A stretch of 64,000 bases of DNA from Promethearchaeia archaeon (lineage in GTDB: Archaea > Asgardarchaeota > Lokiarchaeia > Sigyniarchaeales > SOKP01): positions 1 through 64,000 of the forward strand of contig JAWOCD010000006.1 of assembly GCA_046483985.1 (NCBI GenBank). The letters are read 5' to 3'. The translations under genes were made by a program, and so were the position numbers. Position 1 is the first letter of the stretch. The number at the start of each line of letters is the position of its first letter. Below, in pieces: positions 1-10,186 of this stretch. The notes below the pieces were generated by a model, which saw only the letters and a program-made list of their open reading frames with translations, was not told the DNA's origin and did not search any database.

Positions 1-109
1 AGGATCTTTTTAATTTTTAAGGGTAGAATTTTAATCAAAAAGACCACAAGTTATTAAAGATGCAATAACCTGAAATTTTAAAGAACATTCGAATTGATTC
101 GGAAAAGGG

Positions 110-245
110 TGGGAGATCTGCCCACATATGAGCCCAGAAAATGTATGAGCTCTCGAACGGTATAGGTAAAGGAGGGCAAAATCAATCACGCGATAAGCGC
201 GTAATAACCAAAAGACAAAAATCCAGGGCGTAGCCAGATCTCCCA
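110..245. other. Putative structured element (ncRNA or MITE-like) closed by an 11-bp inverted repeat
   Basis: TGGGAGATCTG (110-120) pairs with CAGATCTCCCA (235-245). There is an internal hairpin ACGCG-ATAAG-CGCGT. The segment is GC-richer than its flanks. Confidence 0.35.
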
Positions 246-305
246 TATTTTAATATTTTAACTATAGATATTCACGACATGCATAATACTACATCTTTAG
301 GTATG

Positions 306-338
306 TTATATTCACATATAGTGAAAAAGTGAATATAA
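306..338. promoter_or_regulatory. Nested inverted repeat, possible operator
   Basis: TTATATTCAC (306-315) / GTGAATATAA (329-338), with inner TTCAC-N5-GTGAA (311-325). Confidence 0.3.
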
Positions 339-569
339 AAATTACTATAAATCTATAAATATCGATTTTTTCATAGAGAGAAATACCGAGATATTAATAA
401 TTCAAAACCGATCTTTGAACTTATGCAGATAATGGATAGATTGCGGATCTAATAGACACCCTAAATAATGCTCGGAGTTGTTCCCAATCCAGATTTACCA
501 AATGTGCCTGTAGCACGGAATAAAAAGCAACAATGGATGGTATCTTTGCACTCTTAGAAATTCACTGAA

Positions 570-719
570 TCACTCTTCTATCTTCTCAAATTGATCTTTT
601 GGAGCTCCGCACACTGGACAAGTATAATCGTCCGGCTGGTCTTCAAACTTTACTCCTTGTTCTTCCTCATCGTAAATCCATCCACAAACAAGACATTCCC
701 ATTTTGCTATCTTTATCAC
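570..719 (-). CDS. Rubredoxin (not in the ORF track)
   Basis: Manual translation (V)[48 protein letters not shown] has the CxxCG(W/Y)xY and CPxCG rubredoxin motifs. AAGGAGGTGA RBS upstream. Confidence 0.92.
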   Translation of the reverse strand: MIKIAKWECLVCGWIYDEEEQGVKFEDQPDDYTCPVCGAPKDQFEKIEE

Positions 720-760
720 CTCCTTTCAATTATTTGATTATAAAATGTTTGTATAATATA

Positions 761-801
761 CGAAATTCATCCCCACCCTAAAGGGATGGGGACTTCTTTC
801 G
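761..801. mobile_element. IS200/IS605-type end hairpin (solo end or REP-like)
   Basis: CGAAATTCATCCCCACCCTAAAGGGATGGGGACTTCTTTCG is an imperfect hairpin with a CCCT-AA-AGGG tip, resembling the hairpin at the tnpB remnant (55545-55575). Confidence 0.55.
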
Positions 802-808
802 CAGATCG

Positions 809-1393
809 TTAAAAATGTCCCACCCAACCTGGCTTTAATTTGTCTACTGCAAGGTTTCTGCGATCTATGAAATTCATAACAAAATCCTTATAATGTCTAT
901 GAATCATATGTCTGTCGAAAACCTTTCCCTCTCTAAGCAGCTTTTTTTTCTCTTCTTCTGTAAAATAATCCATGACAGGAAGGAAAAAATTCTTGTCTTC
1001 TTTCTCAATGTGTTTAGGATAAAATTCCACCAATTTTTCTATCGCGTCGATGACAGAATTAAGTTCACTTCCTTCTCCTTGCAAATACTTTTCTTTTGCA
1101 GATAACAATTCACTTGTTGTTTTTCTCGCAAATTTATGTTCTTCGATAAGTTCATTCATAGTCGTTTGATGGTCCTCTGCAACCTCTTTTTTCTCTAATT
1201 CTCGAAATAGAATATCTTCTTCCTTTCCATGGTGCGTTTGGTCTGCGTAAGTTCGTATAAAATCAGCAGCATTATCAATAAATACGGGGTCAATATCCTC
1301 CGTTGCTTGAATTTTTTTAAGTTCATCTTTAAGAATTGCAATCATTCTCTCAATTAACCTATGTTCCATCATTAACGGTCCAATCGGTAACAA
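809..1393 (-). CDS. Hemerythrin/HHE cation-binding domain protein
   Basis: EHRLI, HHGKEEDILF, EEH and HIEKED di-iron ligand motifs. Confidence 0.9.
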   Translation of the reverse strand: MLPIGPLMMEHRLIERMIAILKDELKKIQATEDIDPVFIDNAADFIRTYADQTHHGKEEDILFRELEKKEVAEDHQTTMNELIEEHKFARKTTSELLSAKEKYLQGEGSELNSVIDAIEKLVEFYPKHIEKEDKNFFLPVMDYFTEEEKKKLLREGKVFDRHMIHRHYKDFVMNFIDRRNLAVDKLKPGWVGHF

Positions 1394-1620
1394 ATCTAAA
1401 TCATCTACTCTTTTCTTAATTTGAATTTATGTAGCTTATTTCTTCCAAATTCCATTTATAGATATCGTTTATGATCTATAGATTAGTCAATATCTATGTA
1501 AGTTTCGTTTAGAGATCTTTTAATAATATTAAGATTATATAAAGAAATTTTGAATAAAAACCCCCTCATAATTTCATATATGCCAGTTGTACATATAAAA
1601 TGAAAGAAAAAGGTATCTAA

Positions 1621-2964
1621 CTATCTTTTGTTAATAAGCTTGCACCAAGATAGTAGAGAGAAAGAAATACTACTATTCCCTGTTTGAAGCCTTTTCTGTA
1701 ATTTAATGGACGAAGTAATAGAAATTGCTTCTTGTGGACACACTTTTAGGCATTGGGGTTCTGGTTCTCCTACCTCGGGATCAATAAATTTCTCTTTCAT
1801 ACCTTCGCATAAATCACATATAAGAGCCGTTTGGCTCTCTAAATGTAGCGAGATTACTCCGAAATCACATGCACGCACACAAAATCCACAACCAATACAT
1901 CTTTCATCTTCTACCATGATTAAACCATTTTTATCCTTAACTAAAGCGTTGTGCGGACAAACTCGAACACAAGGAGCATCTTCACATCTTTGACATGTTA
2001 ACGCCGTATTTAATGTCGGTTCAATACGGACTCGATGTATTCGTGTATTAATTGGATTAAATTCTCCTTCATGCACAAAAGAGCATACAGATTCACAGAT
2101 TTCACATCCAGTGCAGTTTTTTGAATCAATTGAGATATTTTCGGGGCAAACTTCAATACATCTTCCGCAAAAATAGCATTCTTTCTTTTTGCTATCTCTT
2201 GAAGCCTCATTAGTGGGACAGATCTCCTCACATAATTCGCAATCCGTACATTGGGGTGTTCTAGTATATTTATATTCACTAAATCGAGAGAGGAGGCTTG
2301 CTAATGCCCCAAACGGACATAAAAAGCGGCAATAAGGACGATAAATAAAGAAACTTAATGTGAATATTACAAGCAGGGTAATTAAGGGGATGATCATCAT
2401 CATTATTGTGGGAGTATTTATCCTCAAAAATGAGAAACCCAAAAACGGATTTAATAATTGAAGCAAAGGGACTCCCCAAATTAAAGATGTAACTATAGAA
2501 ACAATTAAAAAACCCCATCTGATTTGGTTTGACTTCTTCTGGGGTATATTTCCATAGATGTTCCTTTGTTTCTGTTCTTCCACGTCCGATTTAAAATTAA
2601 CTTCAGAAGCTAGCTCTTGAAGAGCACCCATAGGACAAGCAAAACCACAAAAGAGCCGGCCAATTATCAAAGTGCTAGCAAGAAGTACAGCTAAAATTAT
2701 AATCATTGGAATGACCGTTTTCAGAAGGGTTTTACCAGCTAAAACCAGCATTATTTCTTGAAAAGGCATAATTGCACTTGGGATTCCACCCAAAATGACC
2801 CCTCCAATAACAACAGAAACGAAATATAGAATCGTCAAATTCTTTTTTGTATCTTTATTGTTGAATATAAAATAAAGCGAGGTTCCAATCAGAAATGCCC
2901 ATAATGCAAACATTGGTAAGGCAATGGCAAGGGAAAAATTACTATTCATTTGCTGAAGAAACAT
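1621..2964 (-). CDS. Membrane polyferredoxin: NapH/MauN-like membrane domain fused to a DmsB/CooF-like 4x[4Fe-4S] domain
   Basis: Several TM segments, two CxxxCP motifs (CGFACP, CRFLCP), then six ferredoxin-type Cys clusters including CQRCEDAPCVRVCP. Confidence 0.85.
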   Translation of the reverse strand: MFLQQMNSNFSLAIALPMFALWAFLIGTSLYFIFNNKDTKKNLTILYFVSVVIGGVILGGIPSAIMPFQEIMLVLAGKTLLKTVIPMIIILAVLLASTLIIGRLFCGFACPMGALQELASEVNFKSDVEEQKQRNIYGNIPQKKSNQIRWGFLIVSIVTSLIWGVPLLQLLNPFLGFSFLRINTPTIMMMIIPLITLLVIFTLSFFIYRPYCRFLCPFGALASLLSRFSEYKYTRTPQCTDCELCEEICPTNEASRDSKKKECYFCGRCIEVCPENISIDSKNCTGCEICESVCSFVHEGEFNPINTRIHRVRIEPTLNTALTCQRCEDAPCVRVCPHNALVKDKNGLIMVEDERCIGCGFCVRACDFGVISLHLESQTALICDLCEGMKEKFIDPEVGEPEPQCLKVCPQEAISITSSIKLQKRLQTGNSSISFSLLSWCKLINKR

Positions 2965-3088
2965 TTTTTAAATCACTTATTCTTGAAGTTAATTAATAGT
3001 CTTTATGCTATTAAACCGATGAAAAGTAATTTTTATATGGCTTTCCATGTAAAAGAGTTTTAAATATAAATACTTATTTTATATCCAT

Positions 3089-3727
3089 ATGAGAAAAGAT
3101 TTTGTGCAAGCAAAAATAGAAATTGAGATTCCCGATTCTAAATGGCTTTCAAATTTCAACCAGCAATTCCCCGATTTAAAGATTAGCATAATCTCTAAAT
3201 TCCTTCTGGAAAACAATATCGGAAATACCCTCATTGAAATTCAAGGACCAAATATCCAGAAGTTTATCTATGGTCTGAGAGAAATGAAAAATCCTCCCGA
3301 ATTTCAAATTCTCTTTGAAGGAATCGATCTGGTCATCCTGAATGTAAAAGTAAAAGATCCATGGATTTTGACAGCCTTAGTTGAAACGGAATTACTTGTA
3401 GAATATCCTATCCGGGTCAAGGAGGGGCATCTTTATATGGAAACAATAACGGATCGAAAGATAGTGAATGACTTTCTCAAGAATTTGGGAGAAAAAGGAA
3501 TCAATTATGAGTTAAAAAGCGTCGGTTATTATCACAGAAACTCTATTCTCACGGAAGAGCAACAAAAGTTATTGCGATTTGCATATAAAGAGGGATTTTA
3601 TCAAATTCCCCGAAAAGTTTCGATGAAGGACATTGCAAAAATAAAAGGAAAATCTCGTTCAGCAGTCTCCGAAATGTTTCGAAGAATTAATCGAAGCTTG
3701 GTTGAAAATTATCTTAATATTAAGTAA
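3089..3727 (+). CDS. Bacterio-opsin activator-like (HTH_10) transcription regulator
   Basis: C-terminal LTEEQQKLLRFAYKEGFYQIPRKVSMKDIA...SRSAVSEMFRR is typical of HTH_10. Confidence 0.85.
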   Translation: MRKDFVQAKIEIEIPDSKWLSNFNQQFPDLKISIISKFLLENNIGNTLIEIQGPNIQKFIYGLREMKNPPEFQILFEGIDLVILNVKVKDPWILTALVETELLVEYPIRVKEGHLYMETITDRKIVNDFLKNLGEKGINYELKSVGYYHRNSILTEEQQKLLRFAYKEGFYQIPRKVSMKDIAKIKGKSRSAVSEMFRRINRSLVENYLNIK

Positions 3728-4083
3728 TTAATAATTTAAGATCGTGGAACATGTTCGTACATATTTTTAAATATATAAAGAAACATCAAAGGAACTTTTG
3801 AGAAATAACAGTAAAGATATTTTCCGTTTTTTAGTAATAAAGACTCCAACTCCAACAAAAGAAACAAAGATCCTATAATTTTTATGCTAATTTTATATCT
3901 TTTTTATTCTTGAATGTATTTTCCAGTCAGAACTAAAGTTCCAATCATTTGATTAATAATTGATGGAATTAATATCCATATATATAATTATAATTTGAAA
4001 AACATAAACAGAAAGGAAATGTTTATAAATGATTCTAAATAAATGATCAATAACTAAGTATTAAAAAAAGTAGAAAAATAAAA

Positions 4084-5439
4084 ATGATGTTAAAAGACGA
4101 CCCTAATCGGAAAGAAGTTTGCGAGAAAGTCATTGAAACAGTAATAGAAGAGGATATCAAATTCATTTACCTCCAATTCACAGATATTCACGGGATCTTG
4201 AAATCATTTGAAATAAATTCCAAACGCATTGAAGATTTTTTAGAAGATGGAGAGAATTTTGACGGCTCTAGCATCACGGGATATGGAGCGATTGAAGAAT
4301 CCGATAAAGTCGCTCTCCCAGACCCAAGCACATTTTACATCTTGCCTTGGAGAAAAAAAAATAAAGTTGCCCGCGTTATCTGTGATATCTATAAACCCAA
4401 TGGAAATAGATTTGAAGGTGACCCACGTTATATCTTGCAAAAAGCCGTAAAAAAGGCAAAAGATCACGGATTTAAATGTTTTTGTGCTCCAGAAATGGAA
4501 TTCTTTGCCTTAGATAAAGAGGTAAAGGAGCAAGCATTTAAACCAAGTGATATGCGTGGGTATTTTGATTTTGATCCGTATGATATTAGTGAAAAAATGC
4601 GTTATACAATCGCACAATATTGTGATAAGATGGGGATTGAAATTGAAGCACTTCACCATGAAGTGGCTTACGGTCAACATGAAGTCGATTTCCAGTATGA
4701 TGAAGCCGTCAATTCTGCGGATAATACAATAACGATAAAAACCATCATAAAAATGGTAGCTGCTTCAAACGGAATGGATGCAACATTTATGCCAAAACCA
4801 TTCTCGGGTATTAATGGATCCGGTATGCATGTCCACCAGAGTTTATGGAAGGATGGAAAAAATGTATTTTATGATGAAAACGATGAGAATTTTATATCGG
4901 TAACTATGAGGAAATGGATTGCCGGACAACTGAAACATGCAAAAGCGATGGCTGCGGTACTCAGTAGCTGGCCGAACTCATATAAACGATTAGTACCTGG
5001 ATATGAAGCTCCCGTATATATAGCATGGGGATTCCGAAATCGTTCCCCGTTAATTCGTGTTCCTGACTTTCATAGAAAACCAAGTTCTGCTCGTTGCGAA
5101 ATTCGATGCCCCGATCCTGCAGGTAATCCTTACCTTCAGTTCGCTGTTCTGTTACAAGCAGGACTTGACGGAGTTCTTTCAGACGAAATAAAGATTCCAG
5201 AAGCAACGGATAAAAATGTATATCACTTCTCTACAAAGGACCTAGAAAAGGCTGGAATCGACGCTTTACCACCAAGCCTTGGAGTCGCATTAAATGAATT
5301 TAAATCTTCAGAGTTTATGAAAGAAGTTTTTGGAGAGCAAGCGTTTAAAAACTATTATTATGCAAAGCTTGAGGAAAATGACGAATATCGAGTAAATGTT
5401 TCTCAATGGGAACGCGATAGATATATAACTCGTTTATAA
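4084..5439 (+). CDS. glnA: Glutamine synthetase type I
   Basis: FDGSSI, HHEVAYGQHE, ATFMPKP..GINGSGMHVHQS, NSYKRLVPGYEAP, NRSPLIRVP, EIRCPDP. Confidence 0.97.
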   Translation: MMLKDDPNRKEVCEKVIETVIEEDIKFIYLQFTDIHGILKSFEINSKRIEDFLEDGENFDGSSITGYGAIEESDKVALPDPSTFYILPWRKKNKVARVICDIYKPNGNRFEGDPRYILQKAVKKAKDHGFKCFCAPEMEFFALDKEVKEQAFKPSDMRGYFDFDPYDISEKMRYTIAQYCDKMGIEIEALHHEVAYGQHEVDFQYDEAVNSADNTITIKTIIKMVAASNGMDATFMPKPFSGINGSGMHVHQSLWKDGKNVFYDENDENFISVTMRKWIAGQLKHAKAMAAVLSSWPNSYKRLVPGYEAPVYIAWGFRNRSPLIRVPDFHRKPSSARCEIRCPDPAGNPYLQFAVLLQAGLDGVLSDEIKIPEATDKNVYHFSTKDLEKAGIDALPPSLGVALNEFKSSEFMKEVFGEQAFKNYYYAKLEENDEYRVNVSQWERDRYITRL

Positions 5440-5470
5440 ACAAAGTCCAAATTATCATAAATCTGTCATA

Positions 5471-5486
5471 TTCTTTTTTTTTTTTA
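5471..5486 (+). terminator. Oligo-T archaeal terminator candidate after glnA
   Basis: Long T tract about 30 bp after the glnA stop codon. Confidence 0.5.
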
Positions 5487-5657
5487 AAACATTTGATTAT
5501 AAAAAAAAGCTCTTTTTATCAATCCGGAAAGGACATTCCATAATGGATAAAGTTGTGGAGAAAATGCTTAAAATATTTGGATACCGAGGTGTTACGAATA
5601 TTGATAATATAATTATTAACTATTTTAAAAAGATACTTAACATAAATAAGGGAAGGA

Positions 5658-7475
5658 TCATCTATTCTCTTTCATCTCTTTTACTTTTTCAATATATTCA
5701 AGCGATTGATGCCTAAAGTAGGTATTATATAATTGAGCATATTTGCCTCCTTTATTCATCAGTTCTTGGTGGTTTCCCTCTTCAATAATTTCCCCATGGT
5801 CCAGTACAATAATTCTCTCAACATGACGCACAGTCCAGAGGCGATGAGCAATAATAATAGATGTGCGATTTTTCATTGTCTCTTCCAATGCATCTTGAAT
5901 CCGAGTTTCTGTAAAGGGATCAACAGAAGCGGTAGCTTCATCAAGAATCAAAATAGAAGGATCTTCCAATAAAATACGCGCAAATATTATAAGTTGGCGC
6001 TGTCCCATGGATAAAAGACTACCCCGTTCTCGGATATTTGTTTGGAGTCCTTCAGGTAAATCCTCAATCCAATCATATCCACCAGCTTTATTAATAGCTT
6101 CATAAACTTCCTCTGTAGATGAGGTAAGGCAACAATATTTAATGTTTTGCTCCACGGTTTCTGCCCATAAAAAGGGCGTTTGGGGAATGAGACCAATTTG
6201 TTTTCTATAATCAATTAAATCATATCTCCGGATATTTGTTCCATCGATTAAAATTTTCCCTCCTTGAAATTCATAAAAACGAGCAATGAGATTAGCGAGT
6301 GAACTCTTTCCAGCTCCAGTATGACCCACAATTGCTACTGATTCTCCTGATTTTATCTTCAAATTAAAATTTTGAAAAACGGGATTGTTCGCCTCATATT
6401 GAAAATCTAAATTTTTAATTTCTATTTCTCCACTTAAACGACCTGGCTTTATATCATCTGTTTGGACAACAGCGGGTTCCGCATCAATTAATGAGAAGGC
6501 TCGCTCCGCAGCTGCAAGTCCCGCTTGGAATGAAGGCCAGAATGCTGCAATTTGAAAAAGCGGAAATAACAGGATCCATACGCTTTGTATAAAAAGATAG
6601 AGATCCCCTCCACTCACTATATTTTCTAATACACCTAAACCACCAGAATAGACTAATAATGCAATTACTACACCTTGTACCATGCCTAATGTTGGGAAGA
6701 TACCGTTTAGAACCCAAGCTCTTCTTAAATTTACTTCATAAGATTTTTCATTAACATTTTTAAATTTTTTATAAATTTTTTCTTCTCTTCTGAAGGTTTT
6801 AGCAATTTGGATGCCATTTATTCCTTCTTTTACAAAGGAATTCACTTTAGCAAGTGCTCTTTGTCCTTGAAGCGTTCTTTTCCGAGCAAGTTTTCGGAAT
6901 GAGAAAGCAATTAGAAAGAAAAAAGGAAAGGAAATTAAAAATGCGATAGTGAGCAAAATATTAATGATAAACATGAAGATAATAAGAATACTTATTAACA
7001 ACAGAGAGGAGATCAGTTGAATAGACAATTCAACAGTTTGTGCAAAATCCTTTCCGTCAGAATTAATACGACTGACGATTTTTCCTGTTGATTGATCATC
7101 AAAAAAGGAGAGATCATGATTAAGGGTTGCTCTTACTGCATCTCGTCGTAGGTTTAAGAGAACGCCTCCAATCATCTTAGCAGAATTTATTTGTCGAAAA
7201 TAATTAAAAATCCAGTTTAAAAGGTTAACCACCAAAATAATGGTTATAATGAAGACTAAATAAGTGAAGTTTCTGTTCTCTTCTAGATAATTGATGGCAA
7301 CACGAGCTAAAAGGGGAAAAATTGAATTTGTTAGGGAAAATAACGTTAAGAAAATAACCACAATCGACAATTCACGTTTATGGGGGGAAAAATATGAGGA
7401 AATACGCTTTAAAAGTTCCCAATCTTCATATTTTCGATCATATTCTTCGGCCTCCAATCCTATACTAAATGACAT
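5658..7475 (-). CDS. ABC exporter half-transporter (TMD+NBD)
   Basis: Walker A GHTGAGKS, non-canonical signature LSMGQ, Walker B LILDEA, H-loop AHRL, N-terminal TM domain. Confidence 0.93.
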   Translation of the reverse strand: MSFSIGLEAEEYDRKYEDWELLKRISSYFSPHKRELSIVVIFLTLFSLTNSIFPLLARVAINYLEENRNFTYLVFIITIILVVNLLNWIFNYFRQINSAKMIGGVLLNLRRDAVRATLNHDLSFFDDQSTGKIVSRINSDGKDFAQTVELSIQLISSLLLISILIIFMFIINILLTIAFLISFPFFFLIAFSFRKLARKRTLQGQRALAKVNSFVKEGINGIQIAKTFRREEKIYKKFKNVNEKSYEVNLRRAWVLNGIFPTLGMVQGVVIALLVYSGGLGVLENIVSGGDLYLFIQSVWILLFPLFQIAAFWPSFQAGLAAAERAFSLIDAEPAVVQTDDIKPGRLSGEIEIKNLDFQYEANNPVFQNFNLKIKSGESVAIVGHTGAGKSSLANLIARFYEFQGGKILIDGTNIRRYDLIDYRKQIGLIPQTPFLWAETVEQNIKYCCLTSSTEEVYEAINKAGGYDWIEDLPEGLQTNIRERGSLLSMGQRQLIIFARILLEDPSILILDEATASVDPFTETRIQDALEETMKNRTSIIIAHRLWTVRHVERIIVLDHGEIIEEGNHQELMNKGGKYAQLYNTYFRHQSLEYIEKVKEMKENR

Positions 7476-9308
7476 TTAATTATCCTCTTGAATTAATTTA
7501 TCTACATCAATATCGAACCGTTTCACGAAGATCTTATTATATTCCTCCGATGTTTCCAAAAGCTCTTTATGCGTCCCTTTAGCCGCAATTTTCCCTTTCT
7601 TCAATACAAGAATGTGGTCAGCCCAGCGAATTTGTGCTAAGCGATGGGTTATTAAAAAGGTAGTTCTATTTTCTAATACATTATTTATGGCAATTTGAAT
7701 TTTATCTTCGGTTTCTGAATCAATTGCGGATGTAGAATCATCGAGCACCAATATTCGGGGATCAGAGAGAAAAGCACGGGCAATTGCAATTCTCTGTTTT
7801 TGTCCTCCACTCAGTGTAACTCCCCGCTCTCCAATCTTCGACTGATATCCCTTTGGAAGTTCTGAAATAAATTGATCCGCTTGTGCTTGTTTCGCTACTC
7901 TTTTTGCTTCTTCGAGGGAACTGGTCCTTCCAAATGTAATGTTATAAAAAACTGTATCAGAAAAGAGAAAAAGATCTTGCTCTATGTAAGAAATCTGTTT
8001 GCGGAGGGATTTGAGTGAATATTCTCGAATATCAATATCATCTATTAAGATTTGGCCTGATTTCAAGGGATAAAGATAAGAGAGTAGTTTGGTTAGAGTT
8101 GTTTTCCCAGAACCTGTAGTTCCTACAATCGCGACCGTTTGATTGGGCTCTATGGTAAAGGAAAGATCTTTTAAAACAGCCTTATCTCCGCCCGGATAAG
8201 AAAATGTGACATTTTTAAACTCAATTTTTCCTTGAATCACCCTTTCTACTCCTTCCTTATTTTCATTAATTTCTGTTGTTTGGGTCATAATATCAATTAA
8301 ACGGTCTGCACTGGACAATGAAAGTTTCCACTGAGCGAAGATAAAGATGGAAATATTAGTTGGAAATCTTAAGAGGGAAAGTAAGCCAATATAGCCAATA
8401 ACGTCCCCAATATTGATAAGTCCCTCGAGATAAAGGGTTAATGCATGAGCGAGGCCCAAGGTGATGGTCAATGCAAATAGTAGAATAGGCAAATATGTTG
8501 CTTGCACCTTCCCTTGTTCCACGTAAAAATCCTTGTATTTTTTAGCATATAAATAATATTTTAGAGTTTCTGAATTCTCTTGGGCGGTGGCTTTCACAAC
8601 CTCTATTCCAGACAATGTTTCATTTAGAGCACTATTCATATCTCCATATGTTCTTCTCAGATTTTTAGTAATCGGTCCCACCTTTTGACTATAAAATCTT
8701 AAGGTAATCAAAAAGAATACGGTAAAGATTAAGGGAAAAATTAATAAATCATTTGGATAGAATAAATAGATATAGATAATAGGGATTATCAATTGGGTAA
8801 ATGACTCTAAGATGAGAGAAATAGCAGGACTCATCAAAAAATTAAGATTGCGGACATCATCCGTTGCTCTTGCCATAATGTCCCCCATCTTTTGCCTATC
8901 ATGAAAAGATTGACTCTTACCTAATAGATTTAAGAAGAATTCTTTTCTCGTGTCACGTTCCATTCGTTGAGCTAGAATTTCACGCAACATAAAATTGGCT
9001 AATCGGGTGAGCGAAGAGCCCACGTTCAGGATTATAATCAATACTATAAAAAAAATGAGGTTTGAAGCGTTTCCTATAATAAATTGAGAGATTGCATCAC
9101 CAATAATCACTCTTCCAGCAGAAGCAAGGTTTGCCGATAAAATTGTGGTGAATAGAACTATAAGAAGAATGTATTTATTTTTACCGTGGATGGTATGTTC
9201 GAAAACCCACCAATTTCTGCCTTTATTTCGTGCTTTTGCAAATTCGTCTTCTTCGGGTAAAAATTCCGAATGCTGACGCTGGGAAAATGATTTTATAGTA
9301 GGTGTCAT
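7476..9308 (-). CDS. ABC exporter half-transporter (TMD+NBD), partner with degenerate Walker B
   Basis: GTTGSGKT, LSGGQ, Walker B LVLDDS (catalytic E to D). Abuts the partner gene, as in TM287/288-type heterodimers. Confidence 0.93.
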   Translation of the reverse strand: MTPTIKSFSQRQHSEFLPEEDEFAKARNKGRNWWVFEHTIHGKNKYILLIVLFTTILSANLASAGRVIIGDAISQFIIGNASNLIFFIVLIIILNVGSSLTRLANFMLREILAQRMERDTRKEFFLNLLGKSQSFHDRQKMGDIMARATDDVRNLNFLMSPAISLILESFTQLIIPIIYIYLFYPNDLLIFPLIFTVFFLITLRFYSQKVGPITKNLRRTYGDMNSALNETLSGIEVVKATAQENSETLKYYLYAKKYKDFYVEQGKVQATYLPILLFALTITLGLAHALTLYLEGLINIGDVIGYIGLLSLLRFPTNISIFIFAQWKLSLSSADRLIDIMTQTTEINENKEGVERVIQGKIEFKNVTFSYPGGDKAVLKDLSFTIEPNQTVAIVGTTGSGKTTLTKLLSYLYPLKSGQILIDDIDIREYSLKSLRKQISYIEQDLFLFSDTVFYNITFGRTSSLEEAKRVAKQAQADQFISELPKGYQSKIGERGVTLSGGQKQRIAIARAFLSDPRILVLDDSTSAIDSETEDKIQIAINNVLENRTTFLITHRLAQIRWADHILVLKKGKIAAKGTHKELLETSEEYNKIFVKRFDIDVDKLIQEDN

Positions 9309-9565
9309 TTTCTTTTTCCTTTTATTGTTATTAGGTAAGTTTTGTCCAAAATTTTTAAATTTTCTAATTATAAATTAGAAATAAGCTAGCACTTCCGCAA
9401 AATTAGGAGTTACTAAGGAATTTCGCGACCGATATAAAGTTCTCACAAGATCTAATTTATGAAAAGCCATTTAAAGTAATAAACCTAATTAGCAAACGAC
9501 CCTTTGGCGGTAACTGTTGCGACAGATCATTTAAACATGTAATTTGAAAAATAAGAAGAAATAAA

Positions 9566-10081
9566 CTATTTTGTACTTTTTTCTTTCCTACTTCTTTCCT
9601 TTTCCATCAATGCAGAAAAATCTGCTCCCTCTTTTATAACATTTAGAATCAGATGAGTATTTGTACGGATAACGTACTCTAACGAGTTAATCTTTTTGAC
9701 CATATCACTCAAATCGGTGCGTGATCGAAAACGTGCCAGAATAATGGCATCATATTCTCCCGTCACATCCAATACACCGAAGATATTAGGATCTTGGGCG
9801 ATGTCTCTCTCAACTTCAAGCATTTTCCCTTTCGAGATGGTAATTTCAATCAATGAAATGATATCGAACCCCAATTGTTCGTAATTAATCTTCGCCCCGT
9901 AATTTTGGATTATCCCTTTTTCTTGAAGGGACTCCACATGTTTTTTAACTGTGATGGGTGATTTTACAAAATCTTTTAGGTCTCTCTCAATTTGTCGGAA
10001 GGACTTGCGGGCATCCTTAGTAAGCAATTTAAGTATTTCAATATCAATCTTATCTATATTCGAAAAGCGATCATCTACCAT
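9566..10081 (-). CDS. Lrp/AsnC family transcription regulator
   Basis: IDKIDIEILKLLTKDARKS HTH start and VTGEYD RAM-domain motif. Confidence 0.92.
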   Translation of the reverse strand: MVDDRFSNIDKIDIEILKLLTKDARKSFRQIERDLKDFVKSPITVKKHVESLQEKGIIQNYGAKINYEQLGFDIISLIEITISKGKMLEVERDIAQDPNIFGVLDVTGEYDAIILARFRSRTDLSDMVKKINSLEYVIRTNTHLILNVIKEGADFSALMEKERSRKEKSTK

Positions 10082-10186
10082 ATAAAATCTTCTAATATTT
10101 GATTACATAAAAAAATACATTTATAAAATAAATAGGAAAATGGATATATTTATTTTTACCAAAAATTGGGTAAAATATTTTTTTGA

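Noticed and set aside
31-246. 71-aa minus-strand ORF
   Set aside because: It has no recognisable motif, and the region is better explained by its inverted-repeat structure.
421-556. Minus-strand frame starting AKIPSIVAF, similar to AKIPTIIAF in citrate synthase
   Set aside because: The similarity covers only about 9 residues and may be chance.
599-781. 60-aa plus-strand ORF
   Set aside because: It is the antisense shadow of the rubredoxin gene.
3963-3979. ATGGA-N7-TCCAT upstream of glnA as a nitrogen-regulator box
   Set aside because: It is short, does not match the NrpR GGAA-N6-TTCC consensus, and is likely by chance in AT-rich DNA.
5520-5640. Possible gene fragment (MDKVVEKMLKIFGYRGVTNID) after glnA
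   Set aside because: I could not assign it to any family.
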